Source of the DNA: Thermoanaerobaculia bacterium
GTDB lineage: Bacteria; Acidobacteriota; Thermoanaerobaculia; UBA5066
Direction of reading: 5' to 3'
Assembly (NCBI GenBank): GCA_963719225.1
Contig: CAVRAY010000002.1
Span: 224,001 to 288,000 of the forward strand
Length of the DNA: 64,000 bases
Shown: positions 48,098-58,388 of the stretch, piece by piece
Numbering within the stretch: the stretch's first letter is position 1
Layout: the number at the start of each line of letters is the position of its first letter
The notes under the pieces: model-generated
Told to the model about the DNA's origin: nothing
Database searches by the model: none
What the model saw: only the letters and a program-made list of their open reading frames with translations
Position numbers and translations under genes: made by a program

Positions 48098-48342
48098 GAG
48101 ACCTCCCTCCCGGAGCCTTCCGCCGCCACGGCGGGCGACTCCGTGTACGTGACGTCCGTCCCGAGCCGCCTCACGGCCTCCTGATACAGGGGGCAGTCCA
48201 CGTATCGCGCCGCCTGGCAGGGCCGGGCGGACACAAGGTGGTCGAGGGGCAGCATTTTTTTCGTCGGGCAGGCGTCGCAATAAAGCATCACGACTTCTTT
48301 CAGGAGCGGGCAGGTGTCTGGGGCGTTCGGGGCTTCTCTCAT
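48094..48342 (-). CDS. 82-aa Cys-rich protein
   Basis: CPLL...YCDACP.KKM.P...C....Y.DCPLY; first ORF after the sigma-54 promoter. Confidence 0.7.
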   Translation of the reverse strand: MREAPNAPDTCPLLKEVVMLYCDACPTKKMLPLDHLVSARPCQAARYVDCPLYQEAVRRLGTDVTYTESPAVAAEGSGREVS

Positions 48343-48359
48343 GGCGACACCCGTCCTAG

Positions 48360-48375
48360 CGCAAGGCCCGAGCCA
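48360..48375 (-). promoter_or_regulatory. Sigma-54 (-24/-12) promoter
   Basis: TGGCTCGGGCCTTGCG, exact GG-N10-GC spacing, directly downstream of an NtrC-family gene. Confidence 0.7.
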
Positions 48376-48494
48376 CCCTGGCGGGGGACCCACGCGGGGG
48401 TGTCAACTAGTTGTCAGGGAAAGCGTTGCGTCGACCGCGACGGGGGCGCCCGGAGGGCCCGGGTGATGAGTTCCTCAACGGGGCGTTGTTTTTC

Positions 48495-49874
<1,380 letters not shown>

Positions 49875-50417
49875 GAAAGTCTCCGATCTCGTCGGCGTTC
49901 TCGAGGAAGAGGGCCCGGCACGTCTCGCAGAGATCCGGCCGTTTTTGGTCCACGTCTTTCAGGGTCGAGGAGCGCGCCATCGCGCACCGGGGGTTCCGGC
50001 AGTGCAGGAGGCCGAACGTGTGTCCGAGCTCGTGGACGGCTTCGGTCCTGAGGCGCACCCCGAGCCGGGCGGACTCGCCCGGAAGGCCGACGCCGGTCAG
50101 GCGCGCCGTGGATACGACGGCTGCCCGGCCCTTGAGCTGGGCCTCGCCGAACACGAACGTCAGGACCGGAATGAAGAGGTCGGCGTCGGTGAGCCCGAGG
50201 ATGCGCGCGGCGCTCCGCGGCCGCCGAGAAGCGAGCCAGAGGAGCGTGCGATGGGAAGAGTGCTGATTGCGCCGGGCGTCGAAGGCGTCTTCGGGCCCCG
50301 TCGCGGAGAGCTCGAGCCGGGCCGGAGCGCGAAAGACCTGCTCCACGTGCGTGCGAACGCTTTCCAGAAGCTTCTCGTCGGCGTCCGGAGCTCCGATCCA
50401 CCACAGCGCGACCTCGC

Positions 50418-52049
50418 TCACGTCGCCGCGGCGCATGCCGCGCCGTCCTCGGCGAGCGGAAGGCGGATCGTCATCGTCGTTCCGAGTCCGACGCGGCTCT
50501 CCACCTGCATCGATCCGCCGTGCTTCTCGACGATGCCGTAAACGACGGACAGGCCGAGCCCGGTTCCCTTCTCCTTGGTCGTGAAGAATGGGTCGAAGAT
50601 GCGCGAGACGAGCTCGGGCGCGATGCCGGCACCCGTGTCGGCGACGGAGACCTCGACCTCGCGGCTGCCCGAATAGAAATGAGAGGCGAGGGTGAGCGTG
50701 CCGCCATGGGGCATCGCGTCGCACGCGTTGAGCAGGATGTTCATGAACGCCTGCCTGAGCTGTCCGAAGTCGGCGCTCACGGCGCCGGTGCCTTCGACCT
50801 TCTTGACGAGCGTGATGCCCTGGAGCTGCATCTTGTGCTGCGCGAGGGAGAGCGCCTCGTCGAGCGCGCGGAGCGGGTCGATGATGCGCAGGTCGAGGGG
50901 GCGGGCGCGGGCGAAATCGAGGAGGTTGCGCACGATGACCGTGCAGCGCTCGGTCTCGCGCTGGACGAGGGACAGGTTCTTCAGGCAGGCCGCGCGCGTG
51001 GCCTCGTCCGGCGGCCCGCTCTCGAGCATGCGCGTCATGAGGCGCGCGAAGGTCAGGATGCCGGCGAGGGGATTGTTGATCTCGTGCGCGATCGAAGCCG
51101 AGAGCTGGCCCAACGAGGCGAGCTTTTCGCTCCGCGCGAGGACCTCCTGCGCGCTCTTGAGCGCCGCGGTCCGGTCCTCGACCTGGCGCTCGAGATCGTT
51201 CGTGAGGTTCTCGAGCTCGACGCGCGTCTTCGCGAGGGAGGCGTTCATCTCGTTGAAGGAGTTCGCGAGGATCCCGAGCTCGTCCGACGAACGGACCGCG
51301 AGCGTCGCCGACAGATCGCCGTGGCCCACCCGCTGCGTGGCCTCCACGAGCTCTTTGACGGGCCGGAACACGATGCGGCGCGCGACGCCGTTGACGAGGG
51401 CGGCCAGGGCGATCACCGCGAGAAAGGCGCCGCCCGCCATCCGCAGGGACTGGGTGTGCAGGCTCGCGTCGATGTCCTTCAGGGAGATGCCGACGTCCAC
51501 GACGCCGAGGACGCGCTTCTCCCTGGGATGCGCGTGGCAGGACGCTGTCGCGCAGGCGGATTCGTTGTAGATCGGCGTCACCATGCCGAGCACGCGGTGG
51601 TCGCCCGTCGTGAAGAGCCGGCTGCGGGCGGACGTCGTCGGCGCCACGAGCGGCTGGCCCGCGGCGTGGCACGCGGTACACGCCTCGGCGTCCTTGTCGA
51701 CGGAGCCGCCGATGTCGCGGGCGTCCGTCGAGAACATGACGCGGCCTTCCTTGTTGAGGACGCGCACCTTCTCGACGCCCTCGAGACGTCCGATCGACTC
51801 CATGATCCGGTAGACGTCGTGCCGCTTTTCCTCGAGCATGAGATCCCGCGTGCTCGTCGCGATCGTGCTCGAGAACTGCGCGGCGCCCCGCACGACCTCG
51901 CTGATGAGATGCGCCCGCTGGGAGCGGATCGAGAGGAACGCAAACAGCGAGATCGTGGCGAGGGAGACCGCCGCCGCGGCCGCTGTCAGCTTGAATCCGA
52001 GATGCCGGTGGAACGGGATGCCGAACAGGGATTCCTCCAGCCTGAGCAT
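50418..52049 (-). CDS. HAMP sensor histidine kinase with periplasmic heme-c motifs
   Basis: Two TM helices around CTACH and CATASCH; HAMP; AHEINNPL, N box, DTG.GI, FFTTK..GTGLGL. Confidence 0.93.
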   Translation of the reverse strand: MLRLEESLFGIPFHRHLGFKLTAAAAAVSLATISLFAFLSIRSQRAHLISEVVRGAAQFSSTIATSTRDLMLEEKRHDVYRIMESIGRLEGVEKVRVLNKEGRVMFSTDARDIGGSVDKDAEACTACHAAGQPLVAPTTSARSRLFTTGDHRVLGMVTPIYNESACATASCHAHPREKRVLGVVDVGISLKDIDASLHTQSLRMAGGAFLAVIALAALVNGVARRIVFRPVKELVEATQRVGHGDLSATLAVRSSDELGILANSFNEMNASLAKTRVELENLTNDLERQVEDRTAALKSAQEVLARSEKLASLGQLSASIAHEINNPLAGILTFARLMTRMLESGPPDEATRAACLKNLSLVQRETERCTVIVRNLLDFARARPLDLRIIDPLRALDEALSLAQHKMQLQGITLVKKVEGTGAVSADFGQLRQAFMNILLNACDAMPHGGTLTLASHFYSGSREVEVSVADTGAGIAPELVSRIFDPFFTTKEKGTGLGLSVVYGIVEKHGGSMQVESRVGLGTTMTIRLPLAEDGAACAAAT

Positions 52050-52111
52050 CCGGGCCTCAGGCGGCGGGTAAATCCCCTATTTGAACTACTCGGGGGTCCC
52101 GGAGGGCCTTT

Positions 52112-52474
52112 TCAGCCCTCTTTTCTGGGAATCAGGACCCAGGAGAGGAGGGTCGAGACCACGGAGATGAGGAGCGCCCCGAGAAAGGCCGGAACGAAGC
52201 CGTCCACGCTGAAATCGATTCCCAGGCCGCGTCCCACCCAGGCCGCGAACATGAGCATGAGGGCGTTCAGGACGAACGTGAACAACCCCAGCGTCAGCAG
52301 GATGATCGGGCAGCTCACGAGCGTCAGGAACGGCCTTACGAGGGCGTTCACGAGGCCGAACACGAGGGCCAGCGCGAGGACCGAGCCGATTCCGCCTGCG
52401 TGGATCCCCGGCACGAACGTGGCGGCTGCCCAGAGGGCGGCGGCGGTGATGAGGATGTGAAGGATGGTTCTCAT
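52112..52474 (-). CDS. 4-TM phage holin family IV / YvlD membrane protein
   Basis: GLVNALVRP.L....P...LTLGLF.FVLNA, F.VDGF..AFLGAL. Confidence 0.85.
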   Translation of the reverse strand: MRTILHILITAAALWAAATFVPGIHAGGIGSVLALALVFGLVNALVRPFLTLVSCPIILLTLGLFTFVLNALMLMFAAWVGRGLGIDFSVDGFVPAFLGALLISVVSTLLSWVLIPRKEG

Positions 52475-52498
52475 GGCGGTCCCGATACAATCGCACAG

Positions 52499-52930
52499 AT
52501 GACCGAACAAAAATACCGCCAGCGCGGCTACCGCGAGAGCGATCGTTCAGGGAGCCGCGGCTCTTCCGGCCCCTCCGGCCGGCCGGCACGCATGGAAGGG
52601 GCGCCGAAGGGGCGCGGCGCCGAGCGCAACCGGGACGAGGTGTTCCGCTGCAAGACGTGCAGCGAGAAAAACGATCCCGAGGTCGGCCTCGAATCGGTGT
52701 GCCGGAAATGCGGCGCCGCGCTCCACGCGTGCGCGCAGTGCCGCTTCTTCGACGGCGCCGCGCACTGGCAGTGCCGGCAGGACATTCCCGCTCCGGTCCT
52801 GGCGAAATCGAAGGGGAACACCTGCACGTTCTACGCGCCGACCGTGTCGCTCGATCTCACCGGAACGAAATCCGCCGACTCGCCGGACCAGGCGCGGTCG
52901 GCCTTCGATCGTCTCTTCGGGAAGCGCTAG
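52499..52930 (+). CDS. Cys-rich putative zinc-finger protein
   Basis: KYRQRGY N-terminus; CKTC, CRKC, CAQC.FFD, two further Cys; AFDRLF C-terminus. Confidence 0.7.
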   Translation: MTEQKYRQRGYRESDRSGSRGSSGPSGRPARMEGAPKGRGAERNRDEVFRCKTCSEKNDPEVGLESVCRKCGAALHACAQCRFFDGAAHWQCRQDIPAPVLAKSKGNTCTFYAPTVSLDLTGTKSADSPDQARSAFDRLFGKR

Positions 52931-52936
52931 GAAAGC

Positions 52937-55888
52937 TCAGCTGCAGCCGCTCGTCGCGCCGCAGTTCAGGCACTTGTAGCAGGCGCCGCCGCGGACCATG
53001 AGGCTGCCGCACTCGTGACAGCTCGGGGCGTCGGCGCTGTTCTCGAACGCGAGCCTGCTCGCGTGCGCGGCAGCCGGAACGGCGAATCCGATGGCCCGGG
53101 GCTCGGCCGCCTCCGGAGCCTGGGGCTTGGCGCTCGCGAGCGCCTGGAACGCCGCGGCGGCCGCGAGGACGGGGCCGGCCGCCTCCGCCGCGACCGGCGT
53201 CAGCGTCGCCTGGCCCTTCAAGTCGGCCGGCGTCGTCGCGGGGCCTCTCTCCTCGCGCGAGATCACGCCCGCTTTCTCCTTGAGGTCCGCCGTCAGGAAC
53301 TTCGAGGCGAGCCAGCGGAAGAGGTAGTCGACGAGGCTCTTCGCGATCGGGATCTCGGGGTTCTTCGTGTATCCGGACGGCTCGAAGCGCATGTGGCTGA
53401 ACTTCTCGACGAGCGCCTCCAGCGGGACCCCGTACTGCAGCGTCAGCGAGATGGCGGTCGCGAACGAGTCCATGAGGCCGGAGATCGTGGAGCCTTCCTT
53501 CGCCATCGTGAGGAAGATCTCCCCCGGCGTGCCGTCTTCGTACAGCCCGACGGTGATGTAGCCCTCGTGCCCACCGACGGAGAACTTGTGCGTGATCGCC
53601 CGGCGCTCGTCGGGGAGCTTGTGCCGGTGCGGGGTGCCGTCGGGCGTCGCCGCCGGGGCGGGAGCGGCCGGAGCTCCCGCCGTGCTTGCCTTCAGCCCGC
53701 GATGTCCCTTCACGGCGTCGTCGTTCCGGCTCGCGGCCGTGTTCAGGGGTTGCGTGCGCTTGCAGCCGTCGCGGTAAATCGCGATGGCTTTCAGCCCCAT
53801 CTTCCAGCCCTGCACGTAGACGTCCGCGATCTCCTCGACTGTGGCGTCGTTCGGCATGTTCACGGTCTTGCTGATCGCGCCCGAGAGGAAGGGCTGCACC
53901 GCCGACATCATCCTCACGTGGCCCATCGGGGCGATCGAGCGCGTGCCCCCGAGCGCCTTGAACGCGCAATCGAAGACCGGCAGGTGCTCGCTCTTGAGCG
54001 CCGGCGCTCCCTCGATCGTGCCCTTCTCGTCGATGTAGGTCACGATCGCGTGCATCTCGGCGTCCGAGTAGCCGAGGCGGGTCAGCGCGTGCGGGACGGT
54101 CTGGTTGACGATCTTGATCGTTCCGCCGCCGACGAGCTTCTTGTACTTGACGAGCGCGAGGTCGGGCTCCACGCCGGTGGTGTCGCAGTCCATCATGAAG
54201 CCGATCGTGCCCGTGGGCGCGAGCACCGTGGCCTGGGCGTTCCGGAAGCCGTGCTGCCGCCCCGACTCGAGCGTCAGGTCCCACACGGCGCGCTGCGCTT
54301 CGAGAAGGTCCTTCGGCACACCGCTCTTCTCGACGGCGTAGGCGGCGTCGCGATGCATGGAGATGACCTCGAGGAAGGCGTCGCGGTTCGGCGGATAGGC
54401 GTCGAACGGCCCCATCTCGGCGGCGATCTTCGCCGACGTCAGGTAGGCCTGCCCGTGCATCAGGCTCGTGACGGCCGCCGCGTAATGGCGACCCTCGTCG
54501 CTGTCGTAGGGAATGCCGTTGAACATGAGAAGCGCCCCGAGATTCGCGTAGCCGAGGCCGATCGGGCGGAACGCGTGCGAGTTCTTCTCGATCGCGCTCG
54601 TCGGATAAGAGGCCTCCGAGACGAGCATCTCCTGCGCCGCGAACACGACGTCCACGGCGTGCTGGAACTTCTCGATCTCGAAGCCCCCGTCCTCGCGCGC
54701 GAATTTCATGAGGTTCAGCGAGGCGAGGTTGCACGCCGAGTCGTCGATGAACATGTATTCCGAGCACGGGTTCGACGCGTTGATCCGGTGCGTCGCCTTG
54801 CACGGGTTCCACGTGTTGATGAGCGTGTCGTACTGCATGCCGGGGTCGCCGCAGACCCACGCCGACTCCGCCATCTTCATGAGCAGCTCTTTGGCGTCGA
54901 ACGTCCCCATGGGCTCGCCCGTCGTGACCGCCTTCGTCGTGTGCGTGCCGCCCGCTTCGACGGCGTTCATGAACGCGTCCGTGACCCTCACGGAGTGGTT
55001 CGCGTTCTGGAAGGCGATGTTCGCGTAGACCTCGCCGTTGAAGGAGCCGTCCCACCCGGAGTCGATGAGGTCCCAGGCCTTTTTCTCTTCCCGCTCCTTG
55101 CAGAGGATGAATTCCTCGACGTCGGGATGGTCCACGTTGAGGATGACCATCTTCGCGGCCCTGCGCGTCTTGCCGCCCGACTTGATGGCTCCCGCGAAGC
55201 TGTCGAAGCCCTTCATGAAGGAGACGGGGCCGGACGCGATGCCCCCGGAGGAGAGAGACTCGGTCGAGGAGCGCAACGACGAGAGGTTCGAGCCCGTGCC
55301 CGAACCGAACTTGAAGAGCATGCCTTCCGTCTTGGCGAGGTCGAGGATCGAGGACATCGAGTCCCCGACCGAGTTGATGAAGCACGCCGACGCTTGCGGC
55401 TTCTCTTCGACGCCGACGTTGAACCAGACGGGGGAGTTGAAGCTCGCGGCCTGGTTCACGAGGATGTGGGCGAGCTCGTCCGAGAACGTGTCGCGGTCCG
55501 CCGCGGTACGAAAGTACCCGTTCTTCTGCCCGAAGAGAGTGATCGTGTCCACGACGCGGCCGATGAGCTGCTTGACCGAGCGCTCGCGCTGCGGCGTCCC
55601 GGGCTTCCCGTGAAAGTATTTCTGCGCGACGATGTTCGTCGCCGTCATCGACCAGGTCTTCGGAACCTCGACGTCCTTCTGCTCGAAGAACACCTCGCCC
55701 TTCTCGTTCGTGATGGCCGCCGTGCGGAGCTCCCACTCCAGCGCGTCGAACGGGGGCGTGACCCCGTCCGTGAAGACTCGCCGGAAGCTGAGGCCGTTCA
55801 GGCCGGTCCGGGCGCGTGGGGCCGCATCCTTCTCGCCGGAGATTCCGGCGGCCGCGGGGCGCGTCTCTCGTGCGTTCGAGGTGCTCAT
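52937..55888 (-). CDS. nrdJ: Class II (B12-dependent) ribonucleotide reductase with TSCPD domain
   Basis: FNSPVWFN, QASACFI, SNPCSEY, APTGTI, SGAISKTVN; C-terminal CHECG...CYKCLNCG..SGCS. Confidence 0.95.
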   Translation of the reverse strand: MSTSNARETRPAAAGISGEKDAAPRARTGLNGLSFRRVFTDGVTPPFDALEWELRTAAITNEKGEVFFEQKDVEVPKTWSMTATNIVAQKYFHGKPGTPQRERSVKQLIGRVVDTITLFGQKNGYFRTAADRDTFSDELAHILVNQAASFNSPVWFNVGVEEKPQASACFINSVGDSMSSILDLAKTEGMLFKFGSGTGSNLSSLRSSTESLSSGGIASGPVSFMKGFDSFAGAIKSGGKTRRAAKMVILNVDHPDVEEFILCKEREEKKAWDLIDSGWDGSFNGEVYANIAFQNANHSVRVTDAFMNAVEAGGTHTTKAVTTGEPMGTFDAKELLMKMAESAWVCGDPGMQYDTLINTWNPCKATHRINASNPCSEYMFIDDSACNLASLNLMKFAREDGGFEIEKFQHAVDVVFAAQEMLVSEASYPTSAIEKNSHAFRPIGLGYANLGALLMFNGIPYDSDEGRHYAAAVTSLMHGQAYLTSAKIAAEMGPFDAYPPNRDAFLEVISMHRDAAYAVEKSGVPKDLLEAQRAVWDLTLESGRQHGFRNAQATVLAPTGTIGFMMDCDTTGVEPDLALVKYKKLVGGGTIKIVNQTVPHALTRLGYSDAEMHAIVTYIDEKGTIEGAPALKSEHLPVFDCAFKALGGTRSIAPMGHVRMMSAVQPFLSGAISKTVNMPNDATVEEIADVYVQGWKMGLKAIAIYRDGCKRTQPLNTAASRNDDAVKGHRGLKASTAGAPAAPAPAATPDGTPHRHKLPDERRAITHKFSVGGHEGYITVGLYEDGTPGEIFLTMAKEGSTISGLMDSFATAISLTLQYGVPLEALVEKFSHMRFEPSGYTKNPEIPIAKSLVDYLFRWLASKFLTADLKEKAGVISREERGPATTPADLKGQATLTPVAAEAAGPVLAAAAAFQALASAKPQAPEAAEPRAIGFAVPAAAHASRLAFENSADAPSCHECGSLMVRGGACYKCLNCGATSGCS

Positions 55889-56044
55889 GGGTGAGAAAAC
55901 CTCCCTTTTTCCGCCTTCCTTCCCGCGAAGACGAAACTACCCCGTCTGCCAGCAGCCTGGCCTTTTTTCGCTTGTTCCGCGCTCTCGGCTTTTCTCGGCT
56001 CTGCCTCGGCTCGGTCTTGCGTCCGGCGTATGGGGCTGTCTCAC

Positions 56045-56073
56045 AAGGTAATTCCCGCCCGCGCCTTTTTCAA
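56045..56073 (-). promoter_or_regulatory. Sigma-70 promoter of nrdJ
   Basis: TTGAAA-N17-TACCTT. Confidence 0.6.
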
Positions 56074-56082
56074 GGGAAAAAA

Positions 56083-56127
56083 CGCTACCGATAGTGCTTT
56101 TTCTTCCCGGGGCCACTAGATAGTGGG
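56083..56127. promoter_or_regulatory. NrdR boxes (one strong, one degenerate)
   Basis: GCCACTAGATAGTGGG (56112-56127) and CGCTACCGATAGTGCT (56083-56098), just upstream of the nrdJ promoter. Confidence 0.7.
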
Positions 56128-56171
56128 GGTGCGGCCTGCTTCGCCGCGTGGCCATTGCAGGGCCTTCCCGT

Positions 56172-56200
56172 TTGACTTCCCACGTCCGGCACCCCAAGAT
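56172..56200 (+). promoter_or_regulatory. Sigma-70-like promoter of the iscA operon
   Basis: TTGACT-N17-CAAGAT. Confidence 0.5.
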
Positions 56201-56239
56201 TCGTTCTCAACGAGCGGCGTCTCGCCGCGGGAGGGTTCC

Positions 56240-56617
56240 ATGTCCAGCGCCACCGAGACCGCGGCCACACAGGCCACGTCGCCGTCCGTCTTCATCCTCA
56301 ACGTCACCGACCGGGCGGTCGACAAGGTCAAGGATTTCGCCTCGAAAATGCCGGACGCCGCAGGCAAAGCCCTCAGGGTCTTCATCCAGGGCGGCGGCTG
56401 CTCGGGCTTCCAGTACGGCTTCACGTTCGACGAGAAGCGCCCGACCGACCACGTTCTCTCCGTGCGCGACATCGAGGTCATCGTCGACCCGCAGAGCGCG
56501 CTGAAGCTGCACGGCTCCACCGTGGACTTCATCGAGGACATGCGCGGCGCCGGCTTCTCGGTAGAGAACCCGAACGCGACGGGCGGGAGCTGCGGCTGCG
56601 GCAAGTCGTTCAGCTGA
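56240..56617 (+). CDS. A-type Fe-S cluster carrier (IscA/ErpA/HesB)
   Basis: LRVFIQGGGCSGFQY, NPNA..SCGCGKSF. Confidence 0.93.
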   Translation: MSSATETAATQATSPSVFILNVTDRAVDKVKDFASKMPDAAGKALRVFIQGGGCSGFQYGFTFDEKRPTDHVLSVRDIEVIVDPQSALKLHGSTVDFIEDMRGAGFSVENPNATGGSCGCGKSFS

Positions 56618-56624
56618 GGAAGAC

Positions 56625-57827
56625 GTCGAGCAGCGCTCCGTTCTGAAGATCGTCTTCCTGACGGTCTTCATCGACCTCCTCGGCTTCGGGATCGTGATCC
56701 CGCTGTTGCCGCTCTACGCCGAGAAATATCACCCGTCCCCGGTCGCGTTCGGGCTCCTCATGTCGAGTTACTCGGCGATGCAGTTTCTGTGCGCGCCTCT
56801 TCTCGGGCGGCTTTCGGACCGCTTCGGCCGGCGCCCGATTCTTCTCTTCTCCCTCGCGGGCACCGTCGTCGGTTACCTGCTCTTCGCGTTCGCGCGCTCC
56901 TTGCCGGTGCTCTTCGCGTCGCGCCTCCTCGACGGGGCCACCGGCGGAAACATCGGCACCGCCCACGCCGTCATCGCGGATACGACGAGCCCCCAGGAAC
57001 GCGCCCGCGGCATGGGCCTCGTCGGGATGGCCTTCGGGCTCGGATTCATCTTCGGGCCCGCGATCGCGGGTTTCACGGTCGGTCTCTCCGAGAGCGCCCC
57101 GGGCCTCGCGGCGGCTTCGCTCTCGTTCACCGCGCTCGTCTGGGCCTTCTTCAAGCTGCCCGAGACCCGCCCCGAAGGCGGGAAACCCTCGCGCTTCTCC
57201 TTCTTCTCCTTCTCGGCGCTCGCCCGTGCCTTCCGCCGGCCGGAGATCGGCGCTCTCATGCTGCTCTCTCTCGTCACGACGACGGCCTTCGCGACCTTCG
57301 AGTCGACGTTCGCTCAGTTCGTCTCGGAGCGCCTCGGCGCCGGCGCATCCACCGTCGCGTGGTTCTTCGTCTTCGTCGGCGTGTGCTCGGCGCTCGTGCA
57401 GGGTCTTCTCGTGCGCCGCCTCGTCGGATGGGCCGGAGAAGCGCGGCTCGTCATCGCCGGGGCCGTGCTGCTGATCTCGGGGTTCCTGGGCCTCAGGGCG
57501 GTGCACTCGGTCCCCGTCCTTCTCCTCGTGATCGCCGTGATCGCTCTCGGGATCGGGATCACGACGCCGACCCTTTCCTCGCTCGTCAGCCGGCGCTCCC
57601 AGGCGGGCGAACAGGGAGAGATCCTGGGGGCGTATCAGTCGATGGGGTCTCTGGGCCGCGTCTTCGGGCCCTTCGGAAGCGAGAACCTGTACCTGAGGAT
57701 CGGGCCAGACTCGCCGCATTGGGCCGCGGCAGCGCTCGAGGCCGCCGCGCTCTCTCTTTCCGCCACAGGGCTCCTGAGAGAGAATGGCCGGGGGCCGCGC
57801 GAACCCGACGCGGACCCCGTCGCATGA
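56625..57827 (+). CDS. MFS transporter (TetA/DHA1-like)
   Basis: FLTVFIDLLGFGIVIPLLP, GRLSDRFGRRP, G.AFGLGFIFGP. TM1 starts upstream of the first canonical start (56694). Confidence 0.88.
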   Translation, partial: VEQRSVLKIVFLTVFIDLLGFGIVIPLLPLYAEKYHPSPVAFGLLMSSYSAMQFLCAPLLGRLSDRFGRRPILLFSLAGTVVGYLLFAFARSLPVLFASRLLDGATGGNIGTAHAVIADTTSPQERARGMGLVGMAFGLGFIFGPAIAGFTVGLSESAPGLAAASLSFTALVWAFFKLPETRPEGGKPSRFSFFSFSALARAFRRPEIGALMLLSLVTTTAFATFESTFAQFVSERLGAGASTVAWFFVFVGVCSALVQGLLVRRLVGWAGEARLVIAGAVLLISGFLGLRAVHSVPVLLLVIAVIALGIGITTPTLSSLVSRRSQAGEQGEILGAYQSMGSLGRVFGPFGSENLYLRIGPDSPHWAAAALEAAALSLSATGLLRENGRGPREPDADPVA

Positions 57828-58384
57828 CTCCGATCGCCCAGACCGTCCATACGCTCGCGCGCGACTGCGTGGCGATTCGCATTCCGAGCGGAGAGCCCGT
57901 CACGCTTCAGGCGGGCACGTCCGTCTATCTCACGCAGTCCCTGGGCGGGACATTCACGGTGCAGGCGCCGGCGCTCGGCGGCCTCTTCCGGATCGCCGGG
58001 TCGGACGCCGACGCCCTGGGCCTCGAGCCGCTCGCGGGCGATGCGGCGACACGCCCGCGCGCGCCCGGGCCCGTGAACGAAGAGGCGGTGTGGAACTGTC
58101 TCAAGACCGTGTTCGACCCGGAGATCCCCGTGAACATCGTGGACCTGGGGCTCGTCTACGACCTTCGCATCCTTCCCGCCGCGGCCGCGGGAGAGCGCGT
58201 CGAGGTGAAGATGACGTTGACGGCGCCCGGGTGCGGCATGGGAGGCGCGATCGCCTCGGACGCGCAGGCGAAGATCGCGTCGGTGCCCGGCGTGGCCGAA
58301 GCGGAGGTCATGGTCGTTTGGGATCCGCCCTGGAGCGCGGAGATGATGACGCCCGAGGGAAAGCGTCTCCTCGGGATTGCCTGA
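57824..58384 (+). CDS. sufT: Fe-S cluster assembly protein SufT (DUF59)
   Basis: RDC.A..IP.G, TQ.LGG.FT, L.TVFDPEIPVNIVDLGLVY, MTLTAPGCGMG, WDPPW. Confidence 0.9.
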   Translation: MTPIAQTVHTLARDCVAIRIPSGEPVTLQAGTSVYLTQSLGGTFTVQAPALGGLFRIAGSDADALGLEPLAGDAATRPRAPGPVNEEAVWNCLKTVFDPEIPVNIVDLGLVYDLRILPAAAAGERVEVKMTLTAPGCGMGGAIASDAQAKIASVPGVAEAEVMVVWDPPWSAEMMTPEGKRLLGIA

Positions 58385-58388
58385 CACT

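Noticed and set aside
52112-52474. Prophage, suggested by a holin-family gene
   Set aside because: This family is common in bacterial chromosomes; no phage structural, integrase or lysin genes nearby.
52937-55888. Intein or intron in nrdJ; cobalamin riboswitch in its leader
   Set aside because: Length and motifs are continuous with no intein signatures; no B12-box consensus seen in the leader.
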